Source: Takakia lepidozioides
Lineage: Eukaryota > Plantae > Bryophyta
Direction: 5' to 3'
DNA length: 64,000 nt
NCBI GenBank assembly: GCA_030704615.1
Contig: CM060731.1
Location: forward strand, 30,318,001 to 30,382,000
Shown: positions 1 through 13,500 of the stretch, piece after piece
Layout: every line of letters begins with the position of its first letter
How positions within the stretch are numbered: the first letter of the stretch is position 1
Translations under genes and position numbers: made by a program
The notes under the pieces: model-generated
What the model was told of the DNA's origin: nothing
The model's database searches: none
What the model saw: the letters and a program-made list of their open reading frames with translations, nothing else

Positions 1-1
1 G

Positions 2-150
2 GGTGATATACACCCCAGGTTCGTCTTGTTCGACCAAGTCCATTGTAGGCTCCCTCCCATTGCCCTCATTTTGCAATCTCCTCCTTGCGAGGATGAATCG
101 CACCAGTTCCTCCACGCCCACATTCCTCGGGGCAGGCAAGTCTTTTGCGA
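2..150 (-). CDS. Fragment of a BRX-domain protein (BRX or PRAF/RLD family), running off the left edge of the window
   Basis: The reverse complement of 2-40 translates DLVEQDEPGVYIT, matching the BRX-domain start (EWVEQDEPGVYITL). The upstream exon boundary is unclear and an in-frame stop lies just upstream. Confidence 0.5.
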
Positions 151-2387
151 ACAAGAGATCAACCGGCTTTCAAGGATCTCCAGCCATTTACCGGTGGCTG
201 TTACCGATTAAAAATATATTTCATAACCAAAGAAAAAACAAATTTATATTTGATGCTCATTAATAGGAATAACAATGTCTTTCACTCTCGGTTAGTCGGA
301 ATGAGAGGAAGCGTCTAACATCAACTTAACAACTACAATTACAGAAAACTAGTGGAGGTATATCTGTTATGTTTGGGTGTTTTCCAGTGAAGGTGTATCA
401 GGATCATCCATTTTTCCTTGATGCTCGGTCTCCTCTTGAGGGAGGAGCCAATAAGAATTTAGCACATCGGCTGGTAGCTCAGCTGGTAAGTGCACGGTGT
501 GTCGCCCTGGTGGTTTGGGGTTGAAACCCGGTGCCCTGCCCCATGTGTGGGATTGTTCGTGACGGTATGTCTGGGCGTTGATCGTCCTGTAAGCCTCATG
601 GCCCATAAATGAAAGGGGGTTAATTTCTCCCCCTCCTCAAGGGCCTGAATTGTGGGCTGTCGATCCCAGGTTTCCTCTTTAAAAAAATTAAAAAATTAAA
701 AGAAAAAAAGAAAAAAAGGGGAGGAAGCCCAACAGGCTTCCGACATTCACTGATAAAGAAGAATGACCCAAAATACGTTGTGCCCCATCGATTTGACCGC
801 TACGGTGTATGATTATGAGAGGGATGGAAGAAAGGGCGGTCACAAGTCGTTTCTTATTCACACAGAGCGCAGAGAGGATGAGCGTGCTTGGTTGAGAAGC
901 CCATGTGTGTCGTTGCACATCCATCTTGTTTTTAGTGACGGGGAAAGCCATTAGCAAAGGAGAATCCGTGGCAGAGGTTAGACATCTGAAAAAGGCTGCA
1001 GTTTGTTGTATGTGTTTTGAGGCATTGATAGACATGAGCAATCGGTTACTGTAAATGGCTCCCCTCTTCCCCCGTATCCACTTCAGGATCAGGAAAAGTT
1101 GGTGTAGAGGCAATTGCAGGCAAAACGTCTGGAATTTTCTCTAAATCTTCGGTATATTGGCGCTGACTATCTCAGCACGGTGGAGGGTGGAGGGACTTGA
1201 GTTCTGGGTGACCAACATGAATGCAGATACTGGGTCTCCTCCAGTACTCCTTGGACTTTTCAGCTGGTGAGAGTCTTAATTCTTTTGTGGCCATGCTTGC
1301 TGGGGATCAAGATGAACTCCGCTGGCGAATGCCGTCCATGCTTCCCTTGGGTAAGGACAGGAGGAGTAGCTGTTTTCGACAAGGAACTCTGTTTCTTAGT
1401 GATTGCACTTCGTAGATCCACAGCTTCATTTGTAGCGGTTGATTGTTTTGTTGATGTTGCTTGGAGAAGTGGGTCCACATCAAATAGCTGGGTGGACTGG
1501 CGGCCCCAGAGGGCAAGACAACCAGAAAGAGCGATCCTTCAACACTCTTGTACGATTTCCCAAAGTTAAAATCGTTAGAGTGTTCTCATTGGATATTTCT
1601 TGGATAAACGCATCTGAATGACGCATTTTGTAGTGTTTAGACTTCCCAAATCTAACCATTTCAACCATCCAGTCCAGAATTGGTGATACTAAGGATGAGT
1701 GCTGGATCCAATCGGCTGGCATGGAGGAGAACAGGCTAAAAAGCGTTGACTTTATCACTTGGAGGCCAAGAACAACCCAAGGACAACCTGTCAAACAGGC
1801 AAAATCATGACAGAAGAGGGTATAAGAGCATCATAGAACTTCCAGTCTGTCCTATGCAGGAGCCTCAGGCCTAAGTCTGTAAGGCCACAAATACATTGCT
1901 CAGAATTGGTGGCAATGGAGGTGGATGTAAATTCACTCTCAATCTCTTGTCAGCCGTTGATGAACAAGTGGGACACAGGAGGGCTCTCTGGCTCTGGGCA
2001 CTTGCCTGAGCTCGAACCCAGTGTAGGATGCTTACCTCTGAAGGGTGAAGTAACGCAGTTGAGGAGAAGAGAACAGATGTGCCAGTTATGTTGAGATTAT
2101 GGGGTGGACATTGTAGATTTTCTATGCAGTGAAGCAGGTTGTTTCTGCAAACTCCAAAAAGACTGTCTTTCATTGAGAAAGTCAACTGTCCCCAGCTGGT
2201 TCCTAAAGCCACGACCCTCCTTGGCTGGGATTATGCGATGCAATACATTTGTACACTTTTTAAGTCTCAATGCTGGAGGGAGCCTTCAGCCCATGCTGCT
2301 CTTCTCTCCCTTCTAGAGCAGATTGATCTTGTGTAAAGGGATATCTAGAGGATATCTGGAAAACTCGGATCGATTGTCTGTTCCAAG

Positions 2388-2508
2388 GTAAGTCATACTA
2401 CAGGTGTCAGCCCCTGACAAAGGTAGTTGCTGTCCCTTTGTGTTCCGCTCAAACTGGGTGCGGGGTTGATGGTCACAAGGCTACAGCAAACAACGTCTTA
2501 GGAGTACA
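2388..2508 (+). mobile_element. Short retroposon (SINE-like) family, near full-length copy
   Basis: Shares CCCCTGACAAAGGTAG...CTCAAACTGGG.GCGGGGT..ATGG.CACAAGGCTAC.GCAAACAACGTCTTA.GAGTACA with the copies at 31135 and 41115. Confidence 0.65.
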
Positions 2509-3279
2509 TTCTCCTCCCTTCTAGCCCAAGGAGGGCACAGGCTACATGGGTTCAAGCCGAAGTGAAGATAAGTCCACTGAGTAAATGTGTGCATGGGTCT
2601 CCTTCTCTCTGTGAGGCACCCAATTTACTGCCCTCTAATAGGTCGCCTTAACTGCTCATGTGGAAGGTGCTAGGCAGGAGTATTTGAAAGCTGGGCAGAA
2701 CAGGAAAGATGTTTAATTCTATCTCCGGCAGAAGTTTGCAGCTCCTCTAGAACATTCGTTGACGACACCAAGGGCCATGGGATCAGCATATATCTAGGAG
2801 GGGACAGACTCCGTGAAAATGAAGGACCAGGGGTTGGAGAGATCACCTGGGCGAAGAGGGGGAAGTACTCCAGACAAGAATCTGTACATGCCAGTCCCTG
2901 CCATAGAGGAGTTGGGCGGTGAGGTTTCTAGACATGGTATGTCAGTGCTCCCCAAAAGCTTCTCAGGTCACAATGAACTGTTGATTTCCTTTTGTCGTGG
3001 ATAAATACCTCAAATGAACATCTACTCCAAGCCCGACAACATCTTTGAAAAATATCTCTGATCTCTGTGCTGCAAGTATGTACCAGAGTAACAGTCTGAG
3101 TGGCTTTGCATCAATTTGCTTAGGTTGCTCAACAATGTCATCAGTATCACAACTACTGACTGGCACCAGCCACAACATTCACTGTTCTGACCTGTATTGC
3201 ATACTTATCATGCCACGTCATAATTTGTTGAAAGAGTACAACCCATGGATTTTTTGTGTGGTGTATTTTTCCTTTGTAG

Positions 3280-6200
3280 GGTTGCCAATCTCAAAACACC
3301 ACCAACTTCTTGAAAATGATGAAGAATATGGTCGTATTCTGGAGACCACTCAAAGCATTCCACAATTTGAAAGGGAGGGGCAAACAAAGCCAAAGAAAGG
3401 GTGTCACTTGTTTGGAGTGGAGATGACCCCAGATACAATCGCTATTGCCATGGTGTACTTTGTACAAGGCATCCTAGGGCTGTCACGACTAGCTGTTACC
3501 TTCTTCCTTAAAGATGACCTGCATCTTGACCCTGCAGAGGTGAGCACACCTTTGTACCTTTTTGGAATGCTTTTTAATTTCAGTTGCTCTTTTGGGTGCT
3601 AGTTCCGGTACTTGCTGGGTAATTACTGAGTGGTCAGTGAAAATTGCACACAAAGCTCAAATGCCTAAGGACTAAAATGTCTTTGCTGATGACTGACTGA
3701 GCAGACAGCAATGTTGTCAAGCTTCTCTGCGCTCCCTTGGCTTATTAAACCCCTCTACGGTTTTATCAGGTAAAACCCTTTGAAATGGAAATTTACTGCT
3801 GTTGAGGCACTCTTAAGTTCCCTTCAAGTCCTCTCCACCATCTGCATTGTTTGGGATGAGGTTACCCTCCAATCAGAACTGACTCACCACAGATACCTTT
3901 GTGATAGCAAGGCTAGGTCTACATGGGTATATTGAAAAGATGTAAGAAGGTGACTATAGTGAAAGATTACTTCGCAGTCAATGAGCATCAGGGTAACAGT
4001 GATGGAAAATTGTGATACAGTGATGGGGTGCCCTTGTTTGGATACCGAAGGCGATCATATCTAGTGCTCTGTGGCCTGCTGGGGGCAGCGTCATGGGGTG
4101 CACTAGCCACTCTTGTGGACAATAAGTATGCGGCTGTCGCCACAATTCTTCTCAGCTCTCTGTCTGTTGCCTTTTCTGATGTTGTAAGTATATGTTGAAG
4201 ATTGAATTGGAAATGATAGCTAGCATCTCTCTGTATTTTTAGATGTTGGTGACTTCCACAGGGGAAATCCTATCAAACATACATGAACAAACTGATCTGA
4301 CAGGATCCAAGGACAATTTAATTCCTATGGACTTGGCATCCAGCGACCCCACTCTCCTGATTTCAAATTACTGGAGCACTATGTTGTCTTCATAGGAGAA
4401 TTCAGAATGGCATAGCCTTTATTGCACGGTCCTTGTTGATTGTCTCATACTTGCACATGAAAGCCCTGAAGAGAATGCTGACCAGAGAAGTTGAGACCTC
4501 CAATTGTCTCTTTGAGAGTAGAATATTGTGTTAGTACTGTTACCTTACTGTTGCTAGTGGGTGTTATCCCTCTACGGGACCGTGGTGAAGTCCAGCTGCC
4601 AGGAATTTTTACCTGGACCTTCAGCAATGTTAGCCATAGAGACATTCTTCTCAACATGGTGAACGAGTTGGTTTTGGCCAAGTCTTTGACAACTTTAGGA
4701 AGCAAGCCTTTTTGATGCAGAACCTCTTGAGGCAAAGGGTTCACAGAGAAGCTTCAATTACTCATGGATGGAAAATCTTCTCCTGTTAGTCAGTGGGGTT
4801 CTGGATCCAGTGGTGTTTTGAACTGGTTGTTGGGATGTGGTTATGAAGGTGGTTGACTCAATGGTAGTGGAGAGAGCACGGGGTGAGTCACAAGCAACAG
4901 CTGGCTCCCTCCAGTCTCTGTGTTGGGGGTCATGTGCAACTGGAGGCATTGTGAGTGCTTATTTCAGCGGCTACCTTGTGGAGACTTATGGTGTGAGGTA
5001 GGATCTGACAACCAGCTCAAGGCTAGAGCTGTTATTTGAACCCCTTGGTCACGCTGGGTTCTTTCAGATGTATGTAACCAAAACACGAAGAAATTTGCAT
5101 TTGGAGAGAGATGGTCTGTCACAGACAGCCAATGCTAACATTACAGCTAAAGGGATGTAGAATGAGAGAGGAAGGGTCTAGGAGGCACTTTGCAAGAGGT
5201 TTCTATTGTTTTTACCTTTAACCAGATACTCCCTCTCAAGCAACTGTGGGTTGGAAGAATCACGGACTAACGTGAGCAAATGTGGGTGCAGGTTTGTATT
5301 TGGGGTAACGGCCATTTTGCCTCTCATAACATCTGCAGTGGCAGGCCTTGTCCGTGAAGAGCCTTCCTCTGCTTCAGCTGGTCTGGCAGCCTTACAAGAT
5401 CCCGAAACAGCAGGGTCTGGTGGGGCACAACGGTCCCTTGGGTTTTTGGAAACTTCAAAATTACAGTTGGGCTACCTGTGGGGGACAGTCAAGGAGCCCA
5501 ACATATTTTTTCCAACACTCTTTATTTTCCTGTGGCAAGCAACTCCAACGTCTGACACAGCCATGTTCTTTTTCTCGTAAGTAGGCCTCTCATTTCGGAT
5601 TCATGGTAAGTTGACAACTATAGAGGATATGAACAGCTTGAAACCCTTTGAACTTAGTCAGAAGGACAGACGTATGGCTCCGATGCACATCTTCTAGATA
5701 AAGTTAGATCCTCATTTGTATCGGTGTTCCTGGACCACTTGAAATGGATGGCTGAATTGCATCACTTGTCTGGGTGCAGGACTAATAAGCTAGGCTTTGG
5801 GCCAGAGTTCTTGGGCCGTGTACGGCTTGTCACAGCTGTGGCATCCCTTCTGGGCGTGGCGGTGTACAATGGCTTTTTGAAGAATGTCCTTCTTCAAAAA
5901 ATGTTCTTTTGGACCACCATACTTGGGACCGGTTTAGGCCTCACCCAGGTTGGTTTTTATATTGTAGATTTGGGATTGTCATACTAGGAAAATCATCTTT
6001 GATATAGCTGTATCTGAAGCACTCCTATGTATGTCAGTTACTGCTTGTTACAGGGATGAACCGGAGACTAGGCATCAGTGACGAGTGGTTCTCAATGGGT
6101 GATGTGCTCATTTTGACTGTTCTGGGCCAGGTGCTCCCTCTCACCTTATGTTTGCACTTGGCCCTGATGTAATGATCCAAAAATGTCTATCAAGGCTTGC

Positions 6201-6705
6201 ATGCTGTCTATTGGTTCGGCTGCACCATGCAACTGCTGTTTCTGCTCCTCTCTTATTCCATCATTCCTCCCCTGATATCCCCACCTTCTGCTATGCCCAC
6301 AAGTGAGCACATGTTCCATAGGCACAAGACTCTGGCAAGTATGTTCGAGGTACTTTGCTCTCAGTATGCCGAGTCTCTTGTGCACAGGTTTCATTCATGC
6401 CAATTTTGGTGCTAGCAGCAAGGCTATGTCCACCAGGGGTAGAGGCAACACTCTTTGCCACCTTGATGTCAATCAGCAATGGCGCTAATGTGACGGGGGG
6501 GTTCCTTGGGGCTGGACTTACTCGGCTTCTGGGTGTTACAAGCAAGAATTACCAAAACTTGGCATTTCTCTTGGTGCTTTGCAACCTGTCATCCTTGCTG
6601 CCATTGCCCTTCTTACGTCTACTTCCCTCTGAAAGTGAGCTGGAAGCCGCTGTCGAAAAGGCAGAGAAAGCGCTAGGTAACGGTGAAGTTTCCAAGAAAG
6701 AATAA
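3280..6705 (+). CDS. Folate-biopterin transporter (BT1 family, plastid FBT1-like), multi-exon
   Basis: GT-AG exons at about 3280-3539, 3705-3769, 4021-4183, 4849-4997, 5292-5576, 5780-5948, 6038-6130 and 6388-6705. They give [59 protein letters not shown] and [19 protein letters not shown]. The 5' exons (possibly 2742-2936 and further upstream) are not resolved. Confidence 0.9.
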
Positions 6706-7336
6706 ATATCTTCGAGTTAGTTGTTTGTTGACTATTGAGGGTGAACTGTAGTTTAGTGAAATTTTTAGCCCTTTTGTCAAACTTGCTCATCAGGAAGGAT
6801 TCTTTTGCATTTTATCCACGTTTTTGGCAATTTGACCCAGATTTCTTTCCATGGCTTGATCTCACCCCTGTATCTTATTGTTCTGGGCCCCGCAGGTAGG
6901 AGGAGTAGGTGGGTAGCCTTGGAAAGGAACACCAATCTCCTCCCCCGGGACTCTGAACTCTTAATGGAAGAAACCAGTAAGCCACCTTGCCACCTCCTAG
7001 TTATCGATGAATTGTATTTGAAATGAAAGTGTTGTCAGAACCAACATAGGCCACTCTACATTCAGACACTCATGAGAATGCTAGGCATACAACGGGAGGA
7101 ATTACATGAAATTGATTCGGAACAAACACTGGATGCAATAGGGAGCAAGTATCTTTCTGGCCTTTTTCTGGATGTTAGTTCTCACTCGTGACCCGCTTTT
7201 TAGTTCTGGGACATTGATGTGCAAGCCAAGGTGGTGCACAACATCTTTTGAAGATTCGAGAATTTAATGACATTGTACAAAATGTGTGCATGGAGATTGT
7301 GAAAGGGCAAAATGAGTGGAGGAGAAATCATCACTG

Positions 7337-7454
7337 CTGAATCCGATGTTATATATTTGATAGGAGCGTGTAGGGTCCAACTGGTTCTCAGCTTCTGAAT
7401 CCGATGTTGTCTGTTTGATAGGAGTGTGTAGGGTCCAACTGGTTCTCAGCTTCT
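7337..7454. repeat. Tandem duplication, about 58 bp x2
   Basis: CTGAATCCGATGTT...GTAGGGTCCAACTGGTTCTCAGCTT is repeated directly. Confidence 0.85.
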
Positions 7455-8042
7455 GGAGAGGTTTTGGTTAAAGAAAATCGACTCCAAATGTTTACTCAAA
7501 GTCACTACAACGGCTGATGTGAAGTGAAATGGATGCCAAACATGTCCAGGGGGGATTTCCAATGTTATTATTCTAATCGTCTTGACCATGGACTGTGACG
7601 CTTAAATTAAAATATGATCTCATTACCGTGGAAGTCATATAAAAAGCATGATACAATTCATTTCACTTCTGGCACTCGCTCTTCTGGATTGGTAATTTTC
7701 TTCAAGAGAGGCTAATGGTACTCTTTTGAATGATCATGTAGACCGTAGAGGATCCATCAATTCCCACACAGTGAATGAAAATTTGTGGGTTGCTGCGACG
7801 GTTGAGATGATGTTGCATAATGAATGTTCTAAATTGTGAAGAGCCTGGGATGGTAGCATGCAGTACCAGCTGAACACGAGCATGTGTTCAGAGAGGAGGT
7901 TGGTCTTGCCGGGTGAAGAGGGTCCAGGCTGTGGGTACGGCATGCTAGGGGCCTGGAGGAATCTTTGATGTTATATATATATAATTAGGTCTCTATTTAG
8001 ATTCAAATTAGATTTCTATTAAGATCTCTGGATGTATTATGA

Positions 8043-8175
8043 TCATTAAACATCTCTGGAGGGGAGAATCGATCTCACCCAGGCAAAGGATATGAGAAAT
8101 GTCATCAAACATCTCTGGAGGGGAGAATCCATCTCACCCAGGCAAAGGATATGAGGAATGTCATCAAACATCTCA
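8043..8175. repeat. Tandem repeat, about 59 bp x2.3
   Basis: CATCAAACATCTCTGGAGGGGAGAATC.ATCTCACCCAGGCAAAGGATATGAG.AATGT units. Confidence 0.85.
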
Positions 8176-8189
8176 CCTTGATCGAGCGG

Positions 8190-8279
8190 TAGACGGGGGG
8201 AATTCCACAAGTTGCAAACCGACTCAAAACGCAAGAACGTTTAAGTCGGTTTGCAAGTTGTGGAATTTCCCCAGTCTAC
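8190..8279. repeat. Inverted repeat / hairpin with about 35-bp arms
   Basis: GTAGACGGGGGAATTCCACAAGTTGCAAACCGACT ... AGTCGGTTTGCAAGTTGTGGAATTTCCCCAGTCTAC. Confidence 0.75.
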
Positions 8280-8789
8280 AGCGAGCTTCCAACAACTCTG
8301 TCCCAGCTCCCTCTTCATGAAGAATCCTATGTCTTGTTTGACACTTCTAAAAGCCCAGATGTTTGCATGTTGTATGCCCCAACAACTCGACGTTGGCACA
8401 AGATCGGCCTCGAATTCCCCAAGAAATTGTGTACAATCCTCTCTTGAACAGTTACAGACAGTTGTCTGCGTTGACTCACACTTCAACATGTTTCCCCTGC
8501 GTGGACATAGTGAGTTTCATTGCAGCACCTACAAGCTAGGTCATTTTGATAACATCCGAGTATCCTCACGAAACTAGACCTTGGAGAACACACATCTATG
8601 ACTCAGTTTGCGAGCGTGGAAGTGTAGGGTTAGGGCCTCACGCAAAGGGAAACCCTAACCGTTCCTTGAATAAATCCTGCCACGTGTCGCTTATTTTAGG
8701 CGCCCAGATTTCCTTTAGGCTTCTCTTCCCCCCCCCCTCCCTTTTTGCAGTGCGGCATCTTCTTGGAATCCCGCTCCTAAGATGCTGGA

Positions 8790-9240
8790 AAGAAGAAATG
8801 GGGGAATGGTGGCAGGATGTAAGGCCACTCCGCAAATTTCGGTTATGTTCCATCGCATAATTCACCTGCTCCGGGCCGTTAGGGTTCACAGGTACAAGCC
8901 AACCGAAAATACAAAGGATTTCATTCAAGCAACGTTTACCTGGCCCTACCGTTCTCTTTGCTCTATTTCATCATGGACGAGAGGATGTGTGTGCTATGAT
9001 GGCTTCTGACATTGGCACCGGTGTGTGGACTGAAGTTGCTCTACGGATGCCTGATTTGGTGCGGATGGTTCGACTATTGGAGAGTGCACCTATTTGTAGT
9101 TGGGGCGCTTCATCAAGATCAACGCTCAAGATTAGGCTAATCTATGTTTGGGAGTTCAAAGTTTCTACAAAGTCTCTGGGCTGGAGATTGTAGGAACAGA
9201 GATTGCACGTAGTTGGGCCACCATCTACGAATTTCAAGTG
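8790..9240 (+). pseudogene. Possible degenerate F-box-associated (kelch-like) gene fragment
   Basis: Frameshifted pieces such as CVCYD..TGVWTEVALRMP..VRLLES and IYVWEF..GW resemble plant F-box C-terminal regions. The resemblance is weak. Confidence 0.25.
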
Positions 9241-10511
9241 GCGAGCCATGACAATCTCATATTCAAGTTTCATATTGTGTTGCTATTAATTTTTTCTGGT
9301 AATATTAAATGGTGTCACTTTATTAAACGTATCAAAAAAATTAAAGAGGTATCATGCCCTGATTTATCGAGAGATTTGTTCGTGCATGGTCTTTGTTGGA
9401 CCCACAAAAAGAAAACTTGAGGCACTTATTAAGGCGATCAGCAACAACCACCGTAACTAGGATTCCAGAAGTCTCCCCTGGCACAGCCGACACCGGCACA
9501 ACCATCTATTCTGCACGGATATGGAGATTGACGTTTTGCCCGCTACATGGGGATTCTAAAAGCCATCGCAAGGAAGATGGGACCTTCTCAGGATGGGGGA
9601 AAGCTCAACAAAATGCTCCAAACCAAAGACGTTTGAAACCAAAAACAGGAGACAGGAAGCCAAAATGAAATTTTTGCAAGCCAATGTCACGAATGATCGG
9701 CGTTGGAGGAGCAAATATCGATCAAGACTGTTTGGGGAAAATGGAACAATTCATACATGATAGTTGTGTGGTAGGTTTGTGCACTCTTTTGCACCTGCAC
9801 ATCCAGATGGTTTGTCAGGTGTACATTTCCGAGAGTAGCTGCGGCGTGAGCGCACTAAGTGTAAGCAGATTCCCTTAAGTGTGAGCAGAAAGTGGAAGTG
9901 GAGCGTATAACTGTGGAAGAAGCAGGACCTATTGTCGTCGACGCAAACTTATGCCTATTGGAGGTTTACATGCCATGATGGGACCGAAGGCACCGACCTC
10001 CATGCCAGAAATGTGGGATGAATGTGTACGAAGAACTTCTTGATGAAGTAAACAAGTATGAATGGGTTCAGGGAAATGGATGAATGAAGGATGGATGTTG
10101 GATGACAAAGGGTGGATGAATATAGCACGAATGAGTTTAATATAATAGCTTGTAAGAAAACATTCATGACATTCATCATTTTCATAACAGTCATGGAGTA
10201 TCATCTCATTCATTCATCTCATAGAAAGTGAATACATAAGTCAATTCTGCAAAACAATCATTGATCTCATTCAAGAAAGTGTTCCCATTATCTAGCACTA
10301 AGCCAGATACAAGTCGACCTGGTTGGAACACAAACATAAATTGAAAAACAAGATTGAGAAGAAATCCTCATTGCAAAACAACATTGATCTCATTCAAAAA
10401 TGCATCCTTGAAGCAAACGTACCCATCTCCAAAGTCCAATACACCCAAATTTGATTAACAATGACAAGGAGGGCAAACGGGTAGAGTTGTAATGCAAATC
10501 CAGACTACATC

Positions 10512-13500
10512 TCAATTTGTACCCGAAGTATCTCGTTGTAGCAGTGTGTGAACGTCGCTGGGTCCAATCGTACATTGGTGAATGTACGTATCTCGTTTTG
10601 GATCGCAAAACATTCTCCGAATATAGATGTAGTACAAATGCTTGCAAGGGACAAATTTTACTCTCTTGCCAAGAGAACTTGAGAGAACGTGTTCTGAAAG
10701 TCCGGACAAGTGCAATTAGGGAAATCGCCAATAGTAATCTCATAGGTCCGGTCATGAACAACTGATCCAGAGGTCGCTATGGTGTACACCCGCCCATACC
10801 CTGGCAAGGGAACATTCACAATTTGGGTGACGCAACAGACTCCATCTTGCACTCATTGTCTGCACCAGCCTCAACCAAACGTACCGCTTTTCCATCCCTT
10901 TTTGTGGGCCTATCATTTCCATGTCGAGGACGTGCCGTAAAGTTGGAAGGGAAAGCCATTGGGTCAACTGGTGTTATGACAGGAGGGGCTCTCGGAAGGC
11001 GAAACCTGGCCTCCTCCAGCATGTCAATCTCCAGTTTGGAGAGTGCGGTTCCAAACTTCACTGGCCACACGGCTGGAATTTGAGGCTTCATTATCACAGA
11101 TTCCCGAACAGTCCCCATGACACAACACATAATGTCATCCGAGCAGAACCAAAACTTGTGAGACCTAGACTCTTGCGACTGGTAATGCTTGAACAACCCG
11201 ATGAACGTTAGGGCAGGAGTTCCGCAAGTCCCTTTGGAAATTTGGGACTTGCACTTCTGGAACGAGGGGGCCCTAATAGCGGCACATTTGACTTTTGATC
11301 CATGGGAGTCCGTTCGATATGCCACATTGCGTCTGTACAGTCCGACTCCTCTACCGGCAGCATGTTCTCCCGACCCCTTCACCAGGGATTGTGGTGGTTG
11401 GAGACTCCTGAGGGAATGAAGGCAAAGAAGACTCCCCCACAAAGGGGGTGGCACCCACGAAAGTGGGGGGCACAGGCATACGTGGTACTGAACAGTTCTC
11501 CCGATCGTGGTGGTGTGAATCTGCATCCGAGCCTGGTGGGGTGCCAAGTTTTCTTTTGCACGATCCAAACCTCTCCTCTCCTTCCAGATGTGCAAGCCAT
11601 GACTGCAATGGTGTTCCCATTGTGCACTCGTTCACAGCCCGTGCCATCTTAGTAGGGTCTTTCAATTTGTTTGCAGCTCTGAGTAGCAACTCTGCCTTGT
11701 CTGGCCCCTTGCTTGTACCCCGTCCCCGAAGGAAATCCCGGTACCGTATTTGTTGCGAGAGCGCACAGACCATGTCATCAGCTGTGGCAACGTACAGATC
11801 CCGCCCATTCTTCCCGGATTGCTTCATCCAAACATTGTGCACTGTCTCCGAAAAGATTGCAGGAGGGCATGTCCGCAATATCCTCAAGCGTCATATCCTA
11901 CCAGCCACCAGATTATGCAATGAGTTTTCATGTTTTGAGTGCAGTTTTACTGCACAAGAGCAGACATCAAACTGAAGAAACAAAACCCTCTAACTCTTGG
12001 AACTTACTGTTGTCATGAAACCCCCCCACTGTCTGTATCGGAAATGCCAAAACCCAAACCAGTCGTCCAGTTCTTTGAGGCCTTCCTGGCTTGATGCATC
12101 CGAGGAGTACCACCATGCTCGGATAGTTTGATACAGGGAGTTTGCCTCATGCTCCGTCCTTGCATCTTTGTACAAGCGGCATAGTCTCATGTGCTCGTCC
12201 TTCAATTCCACTTTTATACAACTCTTTGTATGCCTTCGAAGGGACTGCGTCCAATGAAAGAGACAAGTGCGCTCCCTACTTTCCATAGGTGTTTTGGGGT
12301 CTCCAGATCCAAACACACACCGTACTGCATTCCAGTTTGCCTAGGCACTGTCAGCCATGAATCCATTGAAGTTTGGATCAGGTACACCATTCAAATTCAT
12401 GAAGTTCACAAGAGACCTCCACATCAGAATTTGAGATTGTGTGTCCTCGGATTGCATGTCGCAAATGGCTATAGTCATTACTCTTTGGTAAGTGGGATCA
12501 TACACATGACAAGCCATGGTTGTCCACTCTTTAACACGTTTGACATGGTCGAACATGAGCCATGATTTCTGCAGATCGCCTCCAGGTTGCATTCTTCGAA
12601 CCAGACTAACTCCACTACCCTCCCCCACCGTGGACATTTTGAATAAGTACATTTTCAAGGATCCCTGGCCTGGAAAGACATTATCTTGAATAAAGTCATA
12701 TTTGCTTCTACGCTTCAAGTCCAAAATGCTATCAAGAGAACCTCTGTTCCCTGGGCCTATTCGCAGTGCGTTGATGTGATTCCGGACATTGGGCGAGCTT
12801 AAAGTAGAAAAATGGTCCATAACAACATCTAGCTTGGAGGAGTCCAGCTTGGCTAAGATATCGTCTGGTTCTCCAAGAATATATTTTTGCAAAAACGTCT
12901 TGCTTGCCGCAAGTGCAATGGCTGACGGCGTAGCATTCGGAGCGTTATGAACTTATTGTTGCAGGAGTCCCAGTACCATATCTATACTTTCCCTGCAATC
13001 TCTTTTGCACACGGGGTGATCATGATTTCCGAGATGTATACAAGCCCGAGTAAGGGTCTGGCAACGATGAAGAACGTAGTACATGCAAGCCTTGCAGGTG
13101 GCAATGCATGTGGGGACGAATTTGCAGAACCTGCAGATGAATGTAGTGTTACTTGGAGTGGCACAACCCACTGCAAATGGATTGTCCACACAGCCCTCCC
13201 ACTCGGTTTCGTTTGCAGAACCAGTCAGCCTCAGGCCACTGCAATTTGCATTTGTATATCGCAGGTGCCCAACGCAAACTGATCTCCGAAACTTCAACCC
13301 ATGAGGATTGTGTATGTTGGAAGTTTTCGTCCGGCACCAAGGGTGTCCATCGTGTTTCTTGTCCATACCCTGCATCAAACCAGCCAAGCCTCCACATGAG
13401 GTTGGAGGCGGCAACTCGAAGAGGACATCACCATCAAATTCAGCAGGCAGACATTTTGCTCTTTCTATTTGAATTGTTCCCCATGCAATCCCACACACAT

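Noticed and set aside
688-1800. Additional exons of the BRX-domain gene or of the folate transporter
   Set aside because: No recognisable motif or consistent splice phase could be established by eye.
8620-8890. Interstitial telomere array
   Set aside because: Only isolated AAACCCTAA/TAGGGTT motifs, not tandem.
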